This document shows positions 56,225 to 64,000 of a stretch of DNA of 64,000 nucleotides, piece by piece. Location of the stretch: assembly GCA_951406725.2 (NCBI GenBank), contig OX597824.1:78430001-78494000 (forward strand). The letters run 5' to 3'. Made by a program: the position numbers and the translations under genes. The DNA comes from Octopus vulgaris (taxonomy: Eukaryota). The stretch's first letter is position 1, and each line of letters starts with the position of its first letter. The notes beneath the pieces are model-generated. The model saw nothing but the letters and a program-made list of their open reading frames with translations. It was not told where the DNA came from and made no database searches.

Positions 56225-56407
56225 GTGTTGTTTCTTTCTGTGCGTTTGTGTGTTTAAATTGTAAATGCCATTCATACAAATTACATTTTCTTTACTTATA
56301 AACAGCTTTTAAATAATAGAGAAACATTGAGTATACATAATATTTAGATAGATAGATAGATAGAAAGGGAAAGAGACAGAAGGAGAGAAGGTGGGGAGGA
56401 GATAGAC

Positions 56408-56459
<52 letters not shown>

Positions 56460-56890
56460 GTGTGTGTGTGTGTACCAAAATCAGTATGATACCGTGCGTA
56501 TATCGATGAAAGCCTGCTAAAGTACGGTGTACGCCTACCGCACTTTACCATGCTTTCAACAATCTACGGTACACAGATGGCTAGTTTGAAATAATACAGC
56601 TTCTGTTGCTCATAACGAGTGTGTGTATGTGTGTGTGCTTGTGCGTGTGTGTGTTTGTGTGCGTGTGTATCTTCATGTCTGTGCTTGTCTCTCACTTTTC
56701 ACTTGACAATCGGTGGTGGTGTATTTACGTCCCCCGTTTCGTAGTTGTTCGGCGAAAGAGACCGATAAAATAGTTACCAGGATTTATAAAAAATAAGACA
56801 TCCTTCAAGACGGTGCCCCAGTATGGCCGTAGTCTAACTACAATATAAAAGATATACATGTGTGTGTGCGCGTGTACATATATATATATA

Positions 56891-57379
56891 TGTTCGAAGG
56901 TTTATAATGGACGCAGGTTGTGTGTCAAATATCTAGCTTGAGGCGGTGGGCTCTTGGAGCTAATCAGCGACAGCTTTAGTCTTATATTTATAAGACTGCC
57001 ATATAAGTATGGCGATAACTATTAATTTCCAGTAACGCTGCCGTAATTTCCTTTAGAGAGACTTAGTAATTTTAATATTTCTATTATTGAAAACAAGTGG
57101 ATGTATTCCACTGAAACTAGGTAAATAGATTCTTCGAACAGGGACACTCAGTAGCGACACCTGCTGGGTCTGACTACGCTGCACTGATAAAGGGCAAATA
57201 CCCTGAAACATGTCTGCAGCTGTCTGACTGGCAGGATGAAGCGGCTGACCTCCCTGTTCGAAGGTTTATAATGGACGCAGGTTGTGTGTCAAATAGCTAG
57301 CTTGAGGCGGTGGGCTCTTGGAGCTAATCAGCGACAGCTTTAGTCTTATATTTATAAGACTGCCATATAAGTATGGCGA

Positions 57380-57386
<7 letters not shown>
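56891..57386 (+). mobile_element. Retrozyme-like non-autonomous element: 364-bp monomer plus 132-bp terminal direct repeat, in (TA)n
   Basis: 56891-57022 recurs at 57255-57386 (1 mismatch seen). Contains a hammerhead. TA runs on both sides. Confidence 0.8.
57178..57220 (+). ncRNA. Minimal type I hammerhead ribozyme (G8A core variant)
   Basis: gctgca-CTGATAA-aggg(caaata)ccct-GAAA-catg-TC-tgcagc. Palindromic ACATGT, GUC with predicted cut after 57214. Confidence 0.8.
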
Positions 57387-57423
<37 letters not shown>

Positions 57424-57772
57424 TATATATATTTATAATCCAAAATGTAACTGCATGTGGATTGTTGGCGACTTTTTTGCTCCGTCTTCCTTTTCTCTTG
57501 GACTTTCCTCTATCTTCTCTTTCCGAAGGAGAGCTTTGCTCGAAACGTAAAACACACCCTCTTTCCTTCCCTGAGCGTCTTTCAACACTTTGCATATACC
57601 ACGTCCTCGCATTCTTGTTTTTCCTTGTTTTGTTTTGTTTTTTTGTTTTTTTTTCGATTGACTATTTACCGCAAGCTCGCACGGTTCACCATCCTTCCGA
57701 CTGGAATTCTTTCTGGAATTCTTTCTACCAATCGCATTGCTAATCTTCGTCAACGAAGCCAAGCCATCATAT

Positions 57773-57812
<40 letters not shown>

Positions 57813-58007
57813 ATTTGGTTGTACTCTTTCGCTCCAACTTTCTCTCACTCTCTTTTCCTGTTTCTTGAGTAATGTTGCGATGGACTGGCATCCCGTCCAG
57901 CTGGTGGGGGGACACGTACGCCATAGAGACCGGGAATTCGGGCCCATGAGCCTGGCTAGACTTGAAAAGGGCGCATAAATAAAATTAATAAAAATATATA
58001 TACAGGT

Positions 58008-58064
<57 letters not shown>

Positions 58065-58121
58065 CTTATGTGTGTTTGTGTATGTATGAATGTGTGTACG
58101 TTTGTATATATATATGAGCAT

Positions 58122-58349
58122 AGGCGGCGAGCTGGCAGAAACGTTAGCACCTTGGGTGAAATGCATAACCGTATTTCGTCTGCCGTTACGTTCTGAGTTC
58201 AAATTCCGCCGAGGTCGACTTTGCCTTTCATCCTTTCGGGGTCGATAAATTAAGTACCAGTTACGCACTGGAGTCGATGTAATCGACTTAATCCGTTCGT
58301 CTGTCCTTGTTTGTCCTCTCTTTTAGCCCCTTGTGGGCAATAAAGAAAT
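58122..58349 (+). mobile_element. SINE family A
   Basis: Full-length consensus match. Confidence 0.85.
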
Positions 58350-58850
58350 ATATATATATGAGCATACACATACATTAATGGATATATAAATGTAAATATA
58401 TCAATATATTGATATATATATAATTTTTCAAAATGTAGCCACATGTGAATCTTTGGCGATTTCTTTTCCTCCGTCTGAAGAAGAGCTTTGCTTGAAACGG
58501 AAAACCACCTTTCTTTCCTTCCCTGAGCGTCTGCTAATACTTTACATCTGACACGTCATCGCGTTGTTGTTTTTTTTTTTTTGGTGTTTGCACTTCGTTT
58601 TGGTAGACAGAAACTGAAAGAAACCCGTCGTATATATGTATATATATATGTGTATGTGTTTGTACCCTCAAATTCGCTTGACAACTGATGGTGGTGTGTT
58701 TACGTCCCCGTAACCTAGCGATTCGGCAAAAGAGACCGATAGAATAAGTACTAGGATTACAAAGAATAAGTCCTGGGGTCGATTTACTCGACCAAAGTCG
58801 GTGCTCCAGGATGGCCGCAGTCAAATGACTGAAACAAGTAAAAGAGTAAA

Positions 58851-58899
<49 letters not shown>

Positions 58900-59912
58900 C
58901 GTATTCATCTATATATGTGTGTCTTTGTGTCTGTGTTTGTTTCTCCTTATCCGTTTGACAACCGCTGTTGGTTTGCTTACATCCCCTTCATCCAAGAATT
59001 CGGTAATTGAGATACTGCTATAACTACCCGATTTTGAAATATATATAAATACTGTGGTAGGTTTGTTCGACACTAAACTCTCCAAGGCGGTGCCCCAGCA
59101 TGGTGGCAGTCCAGTGACAGAAACAAGTAACAGATAAAAAATAAGAAAACAAAGAGCTGTAAAAAGGGGGAAAAAAAGGGGAAGATATAACGAAAGGAAA
59201 AGAAAGAAAGACAGAAGAAAGAAGAAAATAATAATTACAGGAAAAAGTTTGAATACAAGCCATGAGCTAATATACTGTTGGCCTGTAGTTGACATCATCC
59301 GAATCACAGCAGAATATATGAAATAAGGAAAACTTTCATTTTGCTGTGAATCATATTTACATATGAATTTCATCTCCTATTGTAACTATAATCGTTTGAC
59401 TCAAGACACGGATGAAAGAAAATATGTAAAACTCACATATTTATACAATCCTTCAATCAGAAACTATACCCGAAGGACACTTCTACGGACAAAAAACATC
59501 TTTCTGTTTGTTGATCACTTGTTTTCACATGTTTCTACATTCATGAGTTCATCAGAGGGACCTACATAAGTATTTGTCATTGAAACGCTTTAGTAACATC
59601 ATAGAAGTTACTAAAAGATAAAAAAGATCACAGACTATAAAACACGCTATCACAGGCATATCTCTTACGATTACTTCCGTCTTTCCAGTCAGTATCTCTC
59701 TTTCCTTCCACACGTGTGTGTGTGGAGATAGGGTTGCAGGTAAGGACTGGCATACATACAAACATTGTTCTATAATTTTAGAGATGAAGAATTCTGTACA
59801 TTAAATTATTTACATGTGTTCTCATCTTGTTTGTTGTTACCAGCGTAATGGTTAAGAGCGCGGGCTATTAAACCCAAGATTGCGACTTCAAATTCAGGCT
59901 GTGCCTTGAATA

Positions 59913-59977
<65 letters not shown>

Positions 59978-59989
59978 GGTATAAAAGAT

Positions 59990-60413
59990 GGGCTACAGCA
60001 AATATTCTGCTCAATACCACAGATTTGCTTGTCAGTTGTTTGACCTTAACCAGTTGAGCATGTCCCTTAGTGGCTGACGATATGTGCATCTCTGACCACC
60101 AACAGAAGTAGTATGGGAGCATCATAGCCGTGTGTTGAAAGGAATTCTTAGAGGTTTGGATAATTCACCTTTGGAAACATGGGTGTTTCGTCCAACATCC
60201 TTAAACAATCCTTACTGAGGATCCTCTTGAGCGTGATGGGCTCTGCAAAGTCATGCACTGTTTATCTTGATATGAGATCACAATGTCCCGCATATATGGT
60301 TGTGATGCATGTGCCTGATGTACCCTTATCAGACGGGTAGTCATGGTGGGTATGCTGGGCTTCGTATATTTTACCCCAGTTTCACTTTGATGGCATGCGC
60401 TGCTCTCTCAATC

Positions 60414-60415
<2 letters not shown>
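59990..60415 (-). mobile_element. Interspersed repeat between (TAA)n tracts, probably the 5' region of a Dong/R4-like element
   Basis: Homologous to 19595-20058 (acagcaaatattct...gttgagc..tgtccc..., gatgcatg..cctg, ccccagt..ctctctc.atcaata). Confidence 0.55.
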
Positions 60416-60467
<52 letters not shown>

Positions 60468-60469
<2 letters not shown>

Positions 60470-60705
60470 ACACAGATAGAGAAATTAAGGCCAGCAGATC
60501 AGATATAGTCGTCAGAGATCATGAAGAAAAAAATGCTTTCTAATTGATGTATCAATACCGGCTGATGATAACGTGTCTCTAAAAGAAATGGAGAAACTCT
60601 CAAAATACAAAGACCTGGAAATAGAGGTAACTAGAATGTGAAATCTGAAAACAGAAACAATTCCTATCATAGTAGGTGCATTAGGCATGATAAAAAAATA
60701 TTAGG
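60468..60705 (+). mobile_element. R4/Dong-type RLE endonuclease fragment next to (TAA)n
   Basis: TDREIKASRSDIVVRDHEE..FLIDVSIPADDNVSLKEMEKLSKYKDLEIEVTRM*NLKTETIPIIVGALG. Confidence 0.85.
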
Positions 60706-60729
60706 TGTTTCCATTATTTTGTCCAGCTC

Positions 60730-60784
<55 letters not shown>

Positions 60785-60786
<2 letters not shown>

Positions 60787-61277
60787 CCAGTATACATTTA
60801 AACACATTAAGAGGTATCCATCATAGGACTTCCTTATACTAGAAGGAACGGCTAAAGTCCAAACCACTAATTAGGTTTAAATTGCACGATGGATTTGAAA
60901 AATTTAAATGTATAAGAAAGAGGCACATGCTGAATTGGCCTCGTGTTTATATGTTTAATCTTGCCGTACCTGCTGACGAAGACTTCGCCAGCAAAATTAT
61001 TTTATTTGCTAAAAAAAGGCAGAAACCATGGTCCAGGAAATAGATGGTAAGTGTTTTTATTTTTCATTCCCTTTGAGAATTTATCCCTAATTAGTGGTTT
61101 GGACTTTAGCTTTTCCTTCTAGCGTAAGGGAGTCCTATGATGGATACCTCTTAATGTGTTTAAATGTACACTGTATTTTATATTGATAATATATAGTCTA
61201 TTGCCTAATTTTTTCTATACGCTAGGCCCCTGGTAGTAAAAAAGTTTCTAAAATCTTTATTACCCTGATATTATTAA

Positions 61278-61280
<3 letters not shown>
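60785..61280 (+). mobile_element. Short Penelope-pLTR-like non-autonomous element with inverted end
   Basis: ~95-bp inverted repeat 60788-60883 / 61078-61173 enclosing a hammerhead. Flanked by (TA)n and (TG)n. Confidence 0.65.
60969..61037 (+). ncRNA. Type I hammerhead-like ribozyme with irregular stem II
   Basis: cctg-CTGACGA-agacttc-gcc-agcaaa...tttgct-a7-ggc-a-GAAA-ccatgg-TC-cagg. Palindromic ACCATGGT. Confidence 0.68.
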
Positions 61281-61328
<48 letters not shown>

Positions 61329-62122
61329 TGCATAAAAAGTAAAAAAAAAGATGGAGATAAAACTACATGAAAGACGAACAGGCAAGAAACGAAAGAGAAA
61401 CAGCAAGCTTAGAAGCTGAAGGCGGAAGACTGGGAAATATGACAAATACGCGTATGATGACGTTTGCAAAAGTTTTGCAGAAGAATTAGAAGACCGGTAG
61501 GAGGAGGCGGAGGAGGAGAAGGACAATACGGAAGATGCAGCGGGAAGAAGAGTGAAACAAGCTGAAGGTAAGAAGATGTCGCAGAATGTATGAACAAATA
61601 GGAAGACGTGACCGCAGAACAAGTAGAAAAACTAGTACATGTAGGCGGTTACGAAAGAAGAAAGATAGACAGATGGCAGCATAGGTGTTATAAGACACGT
61701 GCAAATGGCAGGTTTATTTTGAATAACACTGAATTGATTACATATTGTTAAATTCATGAATATTTATCATGCTTCATTTCAAATCGAAAACTTTATCTGT
61801 GTGTCTTTTACGTCCTTGTTTCGTTTGTGTTTTGTTTTTCAATGCTTGCATTTTTCCATATTTTTCTAACATTTTTGTTTTTTTATTTTGGCTATTAGTG
61901 ATATAAAACGAACAAATATGTAATCGTTAACAATATAATCAATTGTGTCGAGGCAACGATGTATAGAAACACATCTTTACACCATTTTTGTGTGATCTTT
62001 TTTTTTTTCTTTATATTTTATATTTTCATTTTGTTTTTTTATTCTTTTTGTTATCTCATTCTTTCCGCTCCATACCTACGGATGTGACAATATGAATGGT
62101 GTACTTATGAATATATGGATAA

Positions 62123-62167
<45 letters not shown>

Positions 62168-62363
62168 TGCTTGTGTTAGTAAGTGAATGTGTGCGAGCTT
62201 GTGTATGTATATATGTCTGTGTACTTTGTCAGCGCATGCGTGTATGAATGTATTACATACACATGTATATAAATATATATGTCTAAATAAATGCATATAT
62301 ATCAAAACATCTATATTAGTACATATATGTGCATATATTAATACATATATAATAATACATACT

Positions 62364-62429
<66 letters not shown>

Positions 62430-62505
62430 CATACACACACAGATAAGTGTATACATATGCATACGCATATATGTAAGTATATAGATAGACGCATCATAGA
62501 CTCAC

Positions 62506-62539
<34 letters not shown>

Positions 62540-63184
62540 TCATACATACAAACATAAACATGTTCGCATGAAATTGAAGCAAAACGATTATACATAAATG
62601 CACAAATGAATACATTAATAATAAACAGGTATGCCGATAGATAGAGAGAGAGAGCGAGAGCGAGGGAGAAAGAGATAAAGAATGAGAGAGAGTGTGTGAG
62701 AGAGATTAGGGGAAATCTATAATTCAAAAGATTCTGATGTTTGTATTGAGTCAGAAAAATTTATTCCTAGAAGAGTTTGTAAAAGCGTTCGCTCTATTGT
62801 TTTGCCATCTACATCAAAGAGTCTAACGTTTCGGCGAAGCACCATTCTTCTCACAAGTATTAAGATATAGTTATGCTGACTTTTTTTGTAGGAATCTAGC
62901 AAATGAAGTTTTGGTTAAAGTACAGAAATGACGAGGTAAGATGTTATGATGCAGAGATATGGGAAATTAAATGAGGAGTAGCGTGAGTGGTGTGCAAAAT
63001 CAATTATGGGAGACAAAGTAAAAAGGGGAACAAAGTAAAGAGGGGAACAAATTGCCGCAAGATCGAGATCAAGGGAAATGGGAATTAGATGAAGAGGGTG
63101 CCAATTCGAGTGAAGATATTAATAAAATTGTACATTGACAAATGAAGTAAGGGACAGAAGTACATACATACACACTGTAAATTA

Positions 63185-63390
63185 GGTTTCAAATTTTGGT
63201 ACAAGACCAGCAATTTCAGGAGAAATGGGTGCAAGTCGACTACATTGATGCCAGTATTCAATCTGTAGTTATTTTATTGACCCCAAAAGGATGGAAGATA
63301 AAGTCGACTTCGGCAAAATTTGAACTCAGAAAGCAAAGACGGACCTAATGCTGCTAAGCATTTTCCCCGGCGTGCTAACTGTTCTGCCAA
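63185..63390 (-). mobile_element. SINE family A variant
   Basis: Diverged consensus match; similar copies at 18910-19010, 19330-19510 and 45750-45968. Confidence 0.7.
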
Positions 63391-64000
63391 TTAAAAGTTC
63401 CGTATGCATGAGGAGGTATGAAGTGGTGTGTGTTAAACAGAGTGTAGGATAAATGTATAACGATATTTTTTTAATCTTTTAACTTCTATTTGTTTTGTTC
63501 ATTTGGCAGCGGCCATACTTGGGCACTGCTTTGAAGAATATTAACCAAACGAATCGACCTCAGTGCGTTTTTTTTTTTAAACTTGGTACTTATTTCATCA
63601 GTCTCTTTTGCCGATTTCAACAGTATCGGTCAGTTGTTTCCCTTTATTTGTTATCAAGGTGTAATAATACTCAAGATATCGTGCTGTGGTATTTAAGTAT
63701 GGCTTCTATCGTTTAACATCAATTTTCTTGATGATTACATCTAAGGTATCTGTATTCTTTTATTCTTTTATTTGTTTCAGTCATTTTGACAGCGGCCATG
63801 GTGAAGCACCACCTTGAAGGGTTTTAGTCGAACAAATCCACCCTCGGAGTCATTTTTTATGCTTAGTATTATTCTATCACGCTCTTCGGCCGAACCGCTA
63901 AGTTACAGGGACGTAAACGAAACAACACAGGTTGTCAAGCAGCGGTGGGTGGGAAAAATATACACACACAGATATATGTGTGTGTGTGTGTGAGAGTATG

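Noticed and set aside
62717-62902. 61-aa minus-strand ORF
   Set aside because: No recognisable motif, non-ATG start, no convincing splice sites.

Overview
This is repeat-saturated, AT-rich eukaryotic non-coding DNA. The SINE families and microsatellite content strongly suggest an octopus (cephalopod) genome, but that is an inference. No host protein-coding gene could be supported, and almost all listed ORFs are microsatellite or SINE translations. Autonomous-type content: a young, 5'-truncated Penelope-like element (RT + GIY-YIG, Neptune-type, one homopolymer frameshift) with ~885-bp inverted pseudo-LTR copies (38671-42652), and decayed fragments of L1/Tx1, RTE, CR1, R4/Dong-type RLE retroelements and mariner. 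Non-autonomous content: dozens of tRNA-derived SINEs, two Helitrons, MITEs, and a 5S rRNA-SINE chimera with a 17-bp TSD. The most interesting signal is a set of at least six mutually unrelated short inserts, each in or beside a (TA)n tract, each carrying a type I hammerhead ribozyme with a short, usually palindromic stem III and often a much-extended stem II. One is a 364-bp, 1.36-mer, rod-folding unit that looks like a retrotranscribed circular RNA (retrozyme-like). Several TA-embedded inserts end in fold-back hairpins that mirror the Penelope element's inverted end. Together these suggest a Penelope-driven population of small ribozyme retroelements that target microsatellites.
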